Below, piece by piece: positions 28,055-39,175 of a stretch of DNA of 64,000 nucleotides (its first letter is position 1; every line of letters starts with the position of its first letter). A program made the position numbers and the translations under genes. Source of the stretch: an uncultured Nitrososphaerota archaeon. Lineage in GTDB: Archaea > Thermoproteota > Nitrososphaeria > Nitrososphaerales > Gagatemarchaeaceae. A model generated the notes under the pieces. It did not search any database, was not told the DNA's origin, and saw only the letters and a list, made by a program, of their open reading frames with translations. The stretch is taken from contig OY969807.1 in NCBI GenBank assembly GCA_963703285.1, forward strand, positions 1,248,001 through 1,312,000, read 5' to 3'.

Positions 28055-28486
28055 ATGATCAACCCCTATGAGATGATATCCAAGAGCGCACTCCCGGCGT
28101 TCAGGGCTATGGTCTCGAAGAGGCTCACAGACAACTACGACCTGACGCAGCAGGAGGTGGCAGGCAGGCTGGGAGTGACGCAGGCCTCGATCAGCAACTA
28201 CGCCAGAAAGGCCAGGGGGGTCATGATCAACCTCGAGGTCGACCCGAACCTCGCGAGGGCCGCGGACCAGGTGGCCGAGGTCCTTTCGTCGGAGGACCCC
28301 AACCAGAGGGAGGTCCTCCGGATGATGACCGAGGTCTGCGACTACATCAGGTTCAACCACGTGATGTGCAGGCTGCACGAGGACCTGGAACCGGGCTTCA
28401 TTGTCGAGGGATGCTACGCCTGTGTGGGCGGTCTCCCGATAGACAGCAGCCAGATAAAGCTCAAAACCCGCGCCCTGGGACAGTAG
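28055..28486 (+). CDS. XRE-type HTH transcriptional regulator (archaeal COG2522-like)
   Basis: P.E...K..LPAFRA, LTQQEVAGRLGVTQASISNY...RG, C-terminal Cys/His cluster. Confidence 0.85.
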   Translation: MINPYEMISKSALPAFRAMVSKRLTDNYDLTQQEVAGRLGVTQASISNYARKARGVMINLEVDPNLARAADQVAEVLSSEDPNQREVLRMMTEVCDYIRFNHVMCRLHEDLEPGFIVEGCYACVGGLPIDSSQIKLKTRALGQ

Positions 28487-28490
28487 GAGA

Positions 28491-29381
28491 TTGGACAGAA
28501 AGCCAGAGTGGCTGACGGTCCAGCCCTCTGAGGGCCGAAACTACCTCAGGCTGAAGGAGCTCTTCGGAGGGCTGGGCCTCCACACCGTCTGCGAAGAGGC
28601 GCACTGCCCCAACGTCGGGGAGTGCTGGGGAGGCGGGACAGCCACGCTCATGCTCATGGGAGACACCTGCTCTCGGGCGTGCAGGTTCTGCATGGTCACA
28701 CCCGGGAGGCCGAGGGTCCCCCCGGATCCTCTCGAGCCCGAGAACGTGGCCCTGGCTCTCTCCAAGATGGACCTCGACTACGTGGTGCTGACGTCGGTCG
28801 ACAGGGACGACGTCCCCGACGGCGGAGCCTCGCACTTCGCGGCGACCATCCGGAGGATCAGGGAGAGCTGCCCCGGGATGATGGTCGAGGTCCTCATACC
28901 CGACTTCGGGAACGACGTCGACTCCATAAGGACGGTTGTGGGCGCCCGGCCGGACGTGATAGCCCACAACATCGAGACGACGCTCTTCCTCAGCGACCGC
29001 GTGAGGGACCCCCGCGCCGGATACTGGCAGTCCCTCTCGGTCCTCAGGACCGTCAAGAAGCTGGACCGGAGGATGTTCACGAAGTCATCCATCATGGTGG
29101 GCCTGGGGGAGGGAGAGGAGGAGGTCGAGCTGGCGATGGCGCACCTTAGGGCGGCGGGCGTCGACTTCCTCACCCTCGGCCAGTACCTCAGGCCGTCGAA
29201 GAGACACCTGCCCGTGAAGGAGTACGTCAGGCCGGAGACCTTCGAGGCCTACCGGAGGATGGGGGAGGAGGCGGGCTTCCGGTACGTCGCCTCGGGTCCT
29301 CTCGTTAGGAGCAGCTACAGGGCCGGCGAGTTCTTCCTTCGCTCGATAGTTCGAGAACAAGAGACAATAAGCGAAGTCTGA
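28491..29381 (+). CDS. lipA: Lipoyl synthase
   Basis: CEEAHCPNVGEC, CSRACRFC, RSSY. Confidence 0.97.
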   Translation: MDRKPEWLTVQPSEGRNYLRLKELFGGLGLHTVCEEAHCPNVGECWGGGTATLMLMGDTCSRACRFCMVTPGRPRVPPDPLEPENVALALSKMDLDYVVLTSVDRDDVPDGGASHFAATIRRIRESCPGMMVEVLIPDFGNDVDSIRTVVGARPDVIAHNIETTLFLSDRVRDPRAGYWQSLSVLRTVKKLDRRMFTKSSIMVGLGEGEEEVELAMAHLRAAGVDFLTLGQYLRPSKRHLPVKEYVRPETFEAYRRMGEEAGFRYVASGPLVRSSYRAGEFFLRSIVREQETISEV

Positions 29382-29441
29382 AGGTAAGATTGAGAACCCT
29401 TATCAGATAGAAAAGGTCGCGGTTTCTAGGTTCACATTCGC

Positions 29442-30509
29442 ATGGAGATGCTGCAAATCGTCCGGGCGGACGGCGAGTACGACTCCAAGCAGGAGCCAAG
29501 TCTCCGCGACGAGGACCTCCGGAGGATGTACCGGGTGATGCTGACGGTCAGGAGGTTCAACGAGAGGATGCTCATACTTCAGAGGCAGGGCAGGATCGGA
29601 TTCTTCATCGAGTCGACTGGCCAGGAGGCGTGCCAGATAGGGTCCGCCTATCCCCTTACGCAGGGCGACTGGGTCTACGGGAGCTACAGGGATCCGGGGA
29701 TGTGCCTCGTGAAGGGGGTGCCCCTCAAGGCACTCGTGGACCAGCTGATGGCGAACGCCGACGACCCCAACAAGGGCAGGCAGATGGGGGTGCACTGGGG
29801 ATACAAAGACTGGAACATAGTGAGCCTCTCGAGCCCAGTCGCGACACGCCTGCCACAGGCGGTAGGGACGGCCTACGCGGCCAAGATCAAGAAGGACAGC
29901 GCGGTCTGCCTCACGTCCTTCGGCGACGGTGCCACCTCCCAGGGAGAGTTCCACTCTGCGATGAACTTCGCAGGAGTCTTCAAGGTCCCCGTCATATTCT
30001 TCTGCCAGAACAACCAGTACGCGATATCCATGCCGTTCCGGCGCCAGAGCGCGTCCGAGAACGTGGCGGTCAAGGCCGAGGCTTACGGGTTCGAGGGCGT
30101 CCTCGTCGATGGCAACGACGTCCTCGCCGTCTACAAGGCGACGAAGGCGGCGGTGGACAAGGCCAGGTCGGGAGGAGGGGCGACACTCATCGAGGCCGTC
30201 ACCTACAGGATGGGGGGGCACTCCTCGTCGGACGACCCGAACAAGTACAGGGGGTCAGAGGAGCTGGAGCTCTGGAAGTCGAGGGACCCCATCAAGCGGT
30301 TCCGCGTCTACCTGATGAAGAAGGGCCTCCTGACGGAGCAGGACGACAGGAGGCTGAGGGACGAGGTCGATACCGAGATGGTGGCGACGATAAGGGAGAG
30401 CGAGAAGGTGCCTGCGCCCACGCACCTCTCGATGTTCACGGACGTCTACGCGGAGATGCCCTGGCACATCAAGGAGGAGGCAGACGAGTTCATGCGGGAG
30501 GTGGGCTAG
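29442..30509 (+). CDS. 2-oxoacid dehydrogenase E1 alpha (branched-chain-like)
   Basis: RQGRIGF, SSPVAT, GDGATSQGEFH..NN, HSSSDDP. Confidence 0.92.
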   Translation: MEMLQIVRADGEYDSKQEPSLRDEDLRRMYRVMLTVRRFNERMLILQRQGRIGFFIESTGQEACQIGSAYPLTQGDWVYGSYRDPGMCLVKGVPLKALVDQLMANADDPNKGRQMGVHWGYKDWNIVSLSSPVATRLPQAVGTAYAAKIKKDSAVCLTSFGDGATSQGEFHSAMNFAGVFKVPVIFFCQNNQYAISMPFRRQSASENVAVKAEAYGFEGVLVDGNDVLAVYKATKAAVDKARSGGGATLIEAVTYRMGGHSSSDDPNKYRGSEELELWKSRDPIKRFRVYLMKKGLLTEQDDRRLRDEVDTEMVATIRESEKVPAPTHLSMFTDVYAEMPWHIKEEADEFMREVG

Positions 30510-31483
<974 letters not shown>

Positions 31484-31490
31484 TCTTCAG

Positions 31491-32708
31491 TTGGTGCAAC
31501 ACGAGTTCAAGCTTCCAGACCTAGGCGAGGGCGTCGCCGAGGGAGAGATACTGAAGTGGATGGTAAAGGAGGGCGACGCGGTGAAGGAGGACCAGCCGCT
31601 GGTAGAGGTGATGACGGACAAGGTCAACGTGCAGATCCCTTCTCAGTGGGACGGGACCGTAAGGAGACTGCTAGTGAAGGAGGGCGACGTCGTGGAGGTC
31701 GGCCGCGAGATACTCGTGATAGAGGTCGCCGATTCCGGCCCTGGGGTTGAGGGTCCGCACGCGAAGCCGGAGCCACAGCCCGCGCCCGAGCCTGCGCAGA
31801 CCGCGCCCGTCCAGACGATGCAAGAATCCGGCGCTGCCGACCGCGTCCTGGCGACCCCGGCCACGAGGAGGCTGGCCAGGGAGCTCGGCGTGGACATCTC
31901 CCGCCTGACGGGGACCGGCCCGAACGGGCGCGTGACGGACGACGATGTCAGGGCCGGGCCGACCCCTGCGGCGAAGGTCGTGGAGACGCTCCCGGCGACG
32001 GGGGGCGGCGAGGAGCGCGTTCCGCTACGGGGCGTGAGGAAGCTCATCGCCGAGAGGATGTCAAAGTCGTTCCACACCGTCGCGCAGGTGACCCTCGTCG
32101 ACGAGGTCGACATGACGGAGGTCGTCTTGCTCAGGGAGGCGTTCAAGGGCAGCGCCGAGAAGAGGGGGGTGAAGCTCACCTTCCTGCCGCTGATCATCAA
32201 GGCCGTCCTCCCCGCGCTGAAGGAGTTTCCCTACCTCAACTCGGCCCTGGACGAAGGAACGGGGGAGATCGTCCTGAAGAAGCGATACAGCCTGGGGATC
32301 GCCACGGATACGCCGGGGGGCCTGCTCGTCCCAGTCGTGAAGGACGCGGACCGCAAGGACATCTTCGAGCTCTCGGCTGAAATCGAGAGGCTGTCGGAGA
32401 AGGCGCGGAGCGGGGAGCTGTCCCTCGAAGAGGTCCAGGGCTCGACCTTCACCATGACGAACCTGGGGTCGATAGGAGGGCTCTTCGCCACCCCCATAGT
32501 CAACTACCCCGAGGTCGCCATCCTCGGGACGCACAGGATCTCGAAGAGGCCGGTAGTCAGGGACGGGAAGATCGAGGCTAGGGACATGATGTACCTCTCT
32601 CTGAGCTTCGATCACAGGGTGATGGATGGAGCCTATGGTGCGAGGTTCATGAACAGGGTCATCGAGATACTGCAGGACCCCAAGAAGATACTCTCAGAGA
32701 TCCTGTGA
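31491..32708 (+). CDS. Dihydrolipoamide acyltransferase (E2)
   Basis: Lipoyl domain EVMTDKV, E3-binding ATPATRRLAREL, catalytic FDHRVMDG. Confidence 0.95.
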   Translation: MVQHEFKLPDLGEGVAEGEILKWMVKEGDAVKEDQPLVEVMTDKVNVQIPSQWDGTVRRLLVKEGDVVEVGREILVIEVADSGPGVEGPHAKPEPQPAPEPAQTAPVQTMQESGAADRVLATPATRRLARELGVDISRLTGTGPNGRVTDDDVRAGPTPAAKVVETLPATGGGEERVPLRGVRKLIAERMSKSFHTVAQVTLVDEVDMTEVVLLREAFKGSAEKRGVKLTFLPLIIKAVLPALKEFPYLNSALDEGTGEIVLKKRYSLGIATDTPGGLLVPVVKDADRKDIFELSAEIERLSEKARSGELSLEEVQGSTFTMTNLGSIGGLFATPIVNYPEVAILGTHRISKRPVVRDGKIEARDMMYLSLSFDHRVMDGAYGARFMNRVIEILQDPKKILSEIL

Positions 32709-32710
32709 GC

Positions 32711-32938
32711 TCAGGCCTGGACCAGAGTCTCGGTCGAGCGGACGCCCGGGGCGGAGTTGATCTCGCTCGTCAGGGATCTGATCTCCGGATAGCCGGACGC
32801 ATCGACGAATGCCACCAGATCGTACCTCCCGTAGACGACGAAGGCCTTCCTCACTCCCTTGAGCGACTTCGCCTTCTTGAGGACGGAATCAGTCTGCAGA
32901 GGTACCGTCTTTATCAGGATGCAGGCGCTGAGAGTCAT
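32711..32938 (-). CDS. Stand-alone Lrp/AsnC ligand-binding (RAM) domain protein
   Basis: ACILIK..VYGRYDLVA..GVRSTETLV; no HTH. Confidence 0.85.
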   Translation of the reverse strand: MTLSACILIKTVPLQTDSVLKKAKSLKGVRKAFVVYGRYDLVAFVDASGYPEIRSLTSEINSAPGVRSTETLVQA

Positions 32939-33183
32939 CTCGTCTTGTACCCCTCTATCTCGGGAAGCGTCTCCGTGAAGACCACGCCCGAGAGCCTGTT
33001 CGCCACCACTATGGAGTGCGCTAGCGCCTTGCTGTTGGCCGCCTCGAAGTCGGCGACGATGTCGTAGCGTCCCAGGACTGAGAAGGCGCTCTTGACCTCC
33101 GGGATCTGCTTCAGGTTCTTGGCGACCTCGTCGAACTTCCCTCTTTCTGCTCTTATCAGCACGCACGCGGAGACCAAACCCAT
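32935..33183 (-). CDS. Stand-alone Lrp/AsnC ligand-binding (RAM) domain protein
   Basis: ACVLIR..VLGRYDIVA..GVVFTETL; ATGA overlap with its paralog. Confidence 0.85.
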   Translation of the reverse strand: MGLVSACVLIRAERGKFDEVAKNLKQIPEVKSAFSVLGRYDIVADFEAANSKALAHSIVVANRLSGVVFTETLPEIEGYKTR

Positions 33184-33270
33184 CGGCGCTTCCTGCTGAG
33201 CCTTGCTAATAAAACGTTCCCGGGGGAACTCAGTTGGAGAGGCGTCCATCGCTCCCGCCTGCCGGGCGTA

Positions 33271-34083
33271 CTACGCGAGGGACTCATCGCTTCGTCCGGG
33301 CCTGTAGACGACCTCGCGCGCAGACCTGTGCAGCGCGGTGTTTCCGCCGCCTTCGCGTATCCCCCTCATGGCTCCTTCAGGGTCGATGAGCTCCACGGGG
33401 GCGACGGCGGTCACGCCCCGGCTGAACAGCGAGGGAGGATAGACTCCGGCCGAGGGGCCGAGCATCACGACCTCTCTCGCGTTCTCGGCGAGCTCCAGTA
33501 TGCGGTCTGCGGTCCCGTTGCAGAGTGTGGCGCCCGTGACGAAGACGACGTCCCCTCTGGGAACCACGACCTCGACGACGGTATCGGGGAAGGTGCGCAC
33601 GTCCCTCAGGCCGATGCTCCTCTCGAGGACGAGGACCTCCTTCACCCTGGGTCTGAGCTTCTCGACGCTGTGCCGCATGTTGCCAACCATCACAACAGTG
33701 TCGCCCTCCTCCACGCCGGTCAGCCCTATCACGTCGCCGTACTCCCTGACGATGTCTTCCCCGTGCGTCTTCAGCGCGGCCTGCGAGAGGGCGTTCAGGG
33801 CGGCGATGCCCACCACACGCTCGCTGAGGTCCCAAGACTCCGACATTCTCGCGAGCTCCACGGTCGGGATGTCCGTGAGCGTGCCCGCCCTGGAGGGGAG
33901 GCTGCAGCTCTCGGGAGAGAGGTCCTCGATCGGCGTGTTCGCCAGGCCGATATCGTCGGTGGACAGCCTGACGGCCGTGTAGTTGACCCCGACGATCAAC
34001 TCCTTCGTCGAGATCTCTCCCACTTCCTTCCCCAGCCTCTTCAGGACGTCGAAGAGGGCATCCCGCATGAGGGAGCTTCGCAT
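33271..34083 (-). CDS. DUF364/DUF4213 Rossmann-like protein
   Basis: GIAALNALSQ, VFVTGATLCNGT, LGPS motifs. Confidence 0.8.
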   Translation of the reverse strand: MRSSLMRDALFDVLKRLGKEVGEISTKELIVGVNYTAVRLSTDDIGLANTPIEDLSPESCSLPSRAGTLTDIPTVELARMSESWDLSERVVGIAALNALSQAALKTHGEDIVREYGDVIGLTGVEEGDTVVMVGNMRHSVEKLRPRVKEVLVLERSIGLRDVRTFPDTVVEVVVPRGDVVFVTGATLCNGTADRILELAENAREVVMLGPSAGVYPPSLFSRGVTAVAPVELIDPEGAMRGIREGGGNTALHRSAREVVYRPGRSDESLA

Positions 34084-34211
34084 GGAACGCCCACCTCGAC
34101 CCCCCTGACTTAAGCTGAACGGGTAGCCCGTGCCCCATCCCAACGACCCGCCTGCAGGACCGCGCGAGCCCCTGGGCACACCGGATGGCCGACTGGCTCA
34201 GAGATGATGGT

Positions 34212-34841
34212 TCAGAGGTCTTCGTAGTACGAACCGTAGAAGCAAGGGTCGCAGAAGACTTCGCCGTTCCTTCTGACTCCCTTGCCGTCCATTATCACTT
34301 CGCCGCACCGGGTGCACAGGCTCCTCGTGTGGTCCCTGACCTGCGCGAGAAGACGCTTGGGGACTATCCGCACTTCGTGGCAAGCGAGCAGCTCCTCGGT
34401 CGGCATCCTTAGGAACGCGTTCATCGTGACCTTCCTCTCGAGCTGGGAGTTCTCCTCCACTTTCTGCCCTCTGGCGATGAGACCGTCCTTGACTGCTTGT
34501 TCGGTCGCTTGGGCGAAGAAACTTGGCCTCGTAGCGACCCTGAAGCCTTTGCCGGATTCGCCGTCGTAGAACGTAGCGGCAGACTTGCCGTACTCGAACA
34601 CTCTGAGCCTTCGACCTCCGGCCGTGCGCCCCGTGGAGATCTGGATTCCGTCGGCCGCGCAGTTGTTCGTCTCGACGACGACCATCAGGTTCTCGCGACT
34701 CTCCTTGTCCTTCATGCCCATCAGCGCGAGGCCCTGGAGCCCCATCCTCACGCCAAGAGGGATGCCGACGCACATGTGCCCCCTCAGCTTTGCAGCCTCG
34801 TTGGACAAGCAATCCAACTCTTCCCTATCTTCGGATGACAC
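34212..34841 (-). CDS. FmdE family protein with C-terminal Zn finger
   Basis: GHMCVGIPLG, ETNNCAADG, CTRCGE..CDPC. Confidence 0.85.
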   Translation of the reverse strand: MSSEDREELDCLSNEAAKLRGHMCVGIPLGVRMGLQGLALMGMKDKESRENLMVVVETNNCAADGIQISTGRTAGGRRLRVFEYGKSAATFYDGESGKGFRVATRPSFFAQATEQAVKDGLIARGQKVEENSQLERKVTMNAFLRMPTEELLACHEVRIVPKRLLAQVRDHTRSLCTRCGEVIMDGKGVRRNGEVFCDPCFYGSYYEDL

Positions 34842-34930
34842 GGCGCTCTACCCTCATCCGTCGAAGCGGAGGTTATTCTATCTTCGTAAGCTGAAGCGCC
34901 TAGCGGCACGGGACGCGGAGAGGCAGCACC

Positions 34931-35932
34931 TCAGGTTATCTCTTCGCCCGGCCACATCATCTTACGGAGCTTCTTGCCCACGACCTCAATCTGGTGCTTG
35001 TCGAGTTCGTCCATGTACTTGTCGAACGACCTCTTTCCCTCCTTCTCGTAGACGCTCACCCACTCCTTCGCGAATGTCCCGTCCTGGATTTGCGTGAGGA
35101 CCTTCTTCATGTTCTTCTTGACGTTCTGGTCGAGGGCGACCTTGCCGCGGGTGAGGCCGCCGTAGCGTGCGGTCTCGCTGACCCTCCGATACATGCCGGC
35201 GATGCCATACCTCTGGACGAGGTCTACTATCAGCTTCACCTCGTGCAGGCACTCGAAGTAGGCCCCCTCGGGGCTGTACCCCGCCTCGACGAGCGTCTCA
35301 AAGGCGTCCTTGACCATGTTCTCAACGCCGCCGCAAAGGTCCACCTGTTCGCCGAACCAGTCCGTCTCCACCTCCTCCCGGAAGGTCGTCTCGAGTATGC
35401 CTGCCCTCGAGCACCCCGTGGCCTTGGCCATGCCGAGGATCCTGTCCCAGGCCCTGCCAGAGTAGTCCTTCTCCACGGCGACGAGCGCTGGGGTACCGAA
35501 GTTCTGCAGGTAGAGCTCGCGCACCCTCTGGCCGGGCGCCTTCGGGGCGAGCATTATCACGTCGGCGGTCTTCGGAGGCACGATCCACTTCCAGTGGATG
35601 GCGGCCCCGTGCGAGAAGGAGAGAGCTGCACCCTTGGCGAGGTTCGGCGCGATCTCCTCCTCGAAGATGCTAGCCTGTAGCATGTCGGGCGCCAGGATGT
35701 GGACTATGTCCGCCTTGCGCGTGGCCTCGGGGACGGTCATGACCTTGTGGCCTTCCTTCTTGGCCTTGCCCCAGCTCTTGCCCCCCTTCCGCAGACCCAC
35801 GACGACCTTCAGGCCCGAGTCCCGCATGTTGCTGGCCTGGGCCGATCCCTGGATCCCGTATCCTATCACCGCTATCGTCTCGCCCTTAATCGGTGCGAAG
35901 CTCAGCTGTTCATCGTGCCAAATCCTGACCAT
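34931..35932 (-). CDS. ilvC: Ketol-acid reductoisomerase
   Basis: IGYGIQG, APKAPG, ETDWFGEQVDLCGG, AYFECLHE, SETARYG. Confidence 0.97.
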   Translation of the reverse strand: MVRIWHDEQLSFAPIKGETIAVIGYGIQGSAQASNMRDSGLKVVVGLRKGGKSWGKAKKEGHKVMTVPEATRKADIVHILAPDMLQASIFEEEIAPNLAKGAALSFSHGAAIHWKWIVPPKTADVIMLAPKAPGQRVRELYLQNFGTPALVAVEKDYSGRAWDRILGMAKATGCSRAGILETTFREEVETDWFGEQVDLCGGVENMVKDAFETLVEAGYSPEGAYFECLHEVKLIVDLVQRYGIAGMYRRVSETARYGGLTRGKVALDQNVKKNMKKVLTQIQDGTFAKEWVSVYEKEGKRSFDKYMDELDKHQIEVVGKKLRKMMWPGEEIT

Positions 35933-36124
35933 GTTTTGAACGAATCTAGGTCCGGTAGAGCCGATATAAGTTTAGACTCGCCGCTCATGGTAGCTTCAGA
36001 GCTTCTCGAAAGCCAGGCCCCGTTCATGCAAGTTCTGCGAAGCCTTGTGCGCGACAATCAGACCCTCACGTTCGGACAAAACTATTAATCGTGAATCTCA
36101 GCCCGGCATCGCAAGGCGCTTCGG

Positions 36125-37120
36125 TTGGGCTCTGAGCTGGTACGGAGCTATCGCGTCATTGCTGTAGCGATATTCATAGCCGTCGTGCTAATCTCCGCGA
36201 GCCTGTTCGTCGTGTTCTATGATTCGACGAGAAACTCAGGACCTCTTGTTACCAGCACCTCTCCCTGTGGCTCACAAGGAGTATACTGCGGGGATTTCCA
36301 GATTGTCTCAGGGAACCTTACAGCCAGCGGTAGCAGCAGCGTCCTCGACGTGACGTTGAAAGAGACTGGCAACATGTGGATTGGGAGCGCCACGGTCTAC
36401 GTCAACGGAACGGCAATTGGCACCCCGCCCGCTTCGCAGTACGAACCTCCTGGGAACATCGCGCTGAACGTTCAGCCGGGGCAACAAACGACCCTCGTGT
36501 TGACGATTCCGAGTTTGACGATATCCGTTCAGGTGGGGAAGAGCTACTCCGTCCTCGTTTACGCATGGGAGGGTCCTCCTGGTGAGCGGGCGAACGCCGG
36601 CAGCCCGGACACCATGACCATCACCGCGACATCATCCGCCACCCGGTCGCAGACGACGAGTACCTGCTTGGCGACGACTACGACGGCCTCAAACAACACA
36701 GTGACCCCTACCCAGACCTCTCCATGCTCCACGCCTCCCCCTATCCCCCTGATAGTGAGCACCGCGCTGCCGGCCTCACGAGGCAGCGACCGGCCCGTTC
36801 CAGCGCAGAACGAAGTTACCTTCAACACCACGAACGCGGCATATGTGTTCCTGGGCGACTACGCGGGGGTCATGCTTAACGTGGCCAATGGGTGGTCTGA
36901 GGCCCAAAGCGTCGTGATCTTCGCCACGTTCAAGTCCGGTACCAGCGTCTACGTGGCGGCCGGTACCACGACGCCCGGCCCTGGGCAGACCGTCCCGGTG
37001 TTCTGCTTGGACCTGCAAACAATCCCCGCGGGAATCTATTCCGTCACCTTCGCAGCGATAGCAACGACCGACCAGGTGGTCTCAACCGTAACTACTGCCA
37101 TAACGGTAGTCGTACCTTAG
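36125..37120 (+). CDS. Membrane-anchored two-domain surface protein (beta-sandwich-like domains, Thr-rich linker)
   Basis: N-terminal signal anchor; C-terminal domain paralogous to 37468-37884. Confidence 0.8.
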   Translation: MGSELVRSYRVIAVAIFIAVVLISASLFVVFYDSTRNSGPLVTSTSPCGSQGVYCGDFQIVSGNLTASGSSSVLDVTLKETGNMWIGSATVYVNGTAIGTPPASQYEPPGNIALNVQPGQQTTLVLTIPSLTISVQVGKSYSVLVYAWEGPPGERANAGSPDTMTITATSSATRSQTTSTCLATTTTASNNTVTPTQTSPCSTPPPIPLIVSTALPASRGSDRPVPAQNEVTFNTTNAAYVFLGDYAGVMLNVANGWSEAQSVVIFATFKSGTSVYVAAGTTTPGPGQTVPVFCLDLQTIPAGIYSVTFAAIATTDQVVSTVTTAITVVVP

Positions 37121-37128
37121 CTTTGGAA

Positions 37129-37356
37129 CTAGAAGAAAGGTCCTGGCCAGCAACCGACGCCGAAGCTGCCTTCGAAATAGTAGACGCCAAGCCACGCCCG
37201 GGGAAACCCTCCCTCCAGGTAGCAGCCTATAGACTCCGTGTAGTGTATGTGAGAATTGAGAGCGCCGCCGGGCTCGCTCGCGGCAACCACAGGAACTCCG
37301 AAGAGGAACCCAACCGCCAGTATCACGACGATAGCCTTGACCTCCCCGCTCATCAT
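37129..37356 (-). CDS. Small secreted/membrane hypothetical protein (75 aa, two Cys)
   Basis: Hydrophobic N-terminus; fills the gap between convergent genes. Confidence 0.55.
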   Translation of the reverse strand: MMSGEVKAIVVILAVGFLFGVPVVAASEPGGALNSHIHYTESIGCYLEGGFPRAWLGVYYFEGSFGVGCWPGPFF

Positions 37357-37467
37357 TCGGCCATTCGAACTCTTCGCGCTTCCATTTCATCTAATACATC
37401 TTTCCGGTCCGTTCCCGGTTCTGGTAACTTAGCGGGTCACGCTTGACAGTGGTAACTGTCGGGTCAA

Positions 37468-37884
37468 TCAGGGAGGGACTATCATCGAGATTGGAGTAGT
37501 GGGGGCGGAGACTGCATCGTTGGATGTGGTTACAGCTGCGAACGTGACTGAGTACACCCCCGGCGGGATTGGCAGCAGGTCCACGGTGAATACATCGACA
37601 GTCTGATTCAACCCGATTGTCGTCGTACCGGCGGCCACATAGGTCGCGGTGTTTACCTTGAGAGTGACGTAGACCACGATGGTCAAGGGTCCAAACAATG
37701 AGCCTGTGACGTTGACCATGATTCCTGAATAGTACCCCAGAGTGACATACTGGGCGCCACTCGTGTTGAAGGTGACGTTAACGGGGCCTAGAATGTCCTG
37801 AGTGCTACCGGAGATTGCGGGAACGCTTCCCAAGGCTATGATGGCTAAGATTGCAATCAGCCATGAGCGTTTGACCCACCTCAT
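37468..37884 (-). CDS. Secreted single-domain protein, paralog of the 36125 C-terminal domain
   Basis: Signal peptide; shared VTFNT..A.YV.LG.Y.G, YVAAGTTT, IP.G.YSVTFAA. Confidence 0.8.
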   Translation of the reverse strand: MRWVKRSWLIAILAIIALGSVPAISGSTQDILGPVNVTFNTSGAQYVTLGYYSGIMVNVTGSLFGPLTIVVYVTLKVNTATYVAAGTTTIGLNQTVDVFTVDLLPIPPGVYSVTFAAVTTSNDAVSAPTTPISMIVPP

Positions 37885-38077
37885 ACCTGTCGCCAAGACG
37901 CATCGGCGTCTTTTGATGCTCCAGCATCTTAAAAGTTATCTTCACCGCACGTTCCCCGTCCTCCTCCCGGGTGAGCGGAGATACGAACTCTCTGGTCTAC
38001 GCGCTGACCGTGAACATGGGCTGAAGCACGGTATCCAAATCCTGTTCGGACAAAACTATTAATCACGAAACTCTAGC

Positions 38078-39175
38078 TTGTTTTGTGAGGCTTTCGCATC
38101 GAGCGCTCAGCCTTCCCGAAGTTATCTTGTCATCGCTTCGGCGATTGTAATAGCCGGCGTGCTGATCTCGGCGAGCCTGTACGTCGCTGTCGAGGCACCG
38201 ACAAGGACGGTAACCGCTACAGGAACCCCCTCCCTGACAGCTTGCTCCGAAATCACCGTCAATGGTACCGGGTATTGCACTCTTGACGTAACGGATAACA
38301 TGACTTTCGAGGAGTTTGGATACAGCGTGCTGAACGCGCCTGTCACGTTCATGGGCGTGACGTTCGAGAGCACGTGCCAATCGAACGCAGCAAACTGCCC
38401 TACGGAGAGCCAGAGCACTGTCTCCATCGGAGCGATTCCCTTCGAACTGATCTTTCCCGACGGCGGCATACAGTACATCTCAGCGCTCTATCCGTCGAAC
38501 ATCGGCTCGGGCCAAGAGGAGTACTACCTGACGTCCACCCAGACGCTTCCCAGGGCCGGTTTCCTTCTCGAGGACGCGACCACAGCACCCTACGTCCGAG
38601 TCATTCTCCTCGTGGAACCCGTTCAACAACCGACGCCGACGGCCCTCGCCAATGCAGCAGACAACCTGCAGCTCCAGCTCTATCTGAACTCGTTATCCTC
38701 GGAGAGCGGCTTTGCGGTGAGCGTCACCGTCGATGACTACAACACCCTCGCAACCACGAATAACGTCACCGCCGCGAACGACTGGTCCGTTGCGCTCGGT
38801 TACCTGGAAGGCGCAATCTGCGGCGACGACGGCGCTATCGTTGGTGTCGCGATCGCCGAGGGCCACTACACCTCCTCGAACGTCACAGCGGCCAAGTTCC
38901 TGGACCTTGTCAACCCGGGAGTCACTTACAGTTGCCCGCTCTATCTCGGATACGGAAACCCGAGAGGGTTTCTCTTCCTGCCGATGAGCGAATTCGCCGA
39001 CTCGTACGGCTGCAACCAGCAGATGTGCATGTCGGGGGGTGCGTCAACCGGGGTGGCGGTCACGGGATATTGGGATCAGGGAGGAGCCTTCATGAGCTTC
39101 CCGCGCGGAACCTACACGGCATTGGGAGAGGACGAATGGGGAAACTCTGCCTTGGCGTACTTCATCGTATCATGA
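38078..39175 (+). CDS. Membrane-anchored Cys-rich surface protein; start uncertain
   Basis: Signal anchor RSYLVIASAIVIAGVLISASLYV resembles 36125; the codon aligned to that gene's TTG start is TCG (38099). Confidence 0.7.
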   Translation: MFCEAFASSAQPSRSYLVIASAIVIAGVLISASLYVAVEAPTRTVTATGTPSLTACSEITVNGTGYCTLDVTDNMTFEEFGYSVLNAPVTFMGVTFESTCQSNAANCPTESQSTVSIGAIPFELIFPDGGIQYISALYPSNIGSGQEEYYLTSTQTLPRAGFLLEDATTAPYVRVILLVEPVQQPTPTALANAADNLQLQLYLNSLSSESGFAVSVTVDDYNTLATTNNVTAANDWSVALGYLEGAICGDDGAIVGVAIAEGHYTSSNVTAAKFLDLVNPGVTYSCPLYLGYGNPRGFLFLPMSEFADSYGCNQQMCMSGGASTGVAVTGYWDQGGAFMSFPRGTYTALGEDEWGNSALAYFIVS

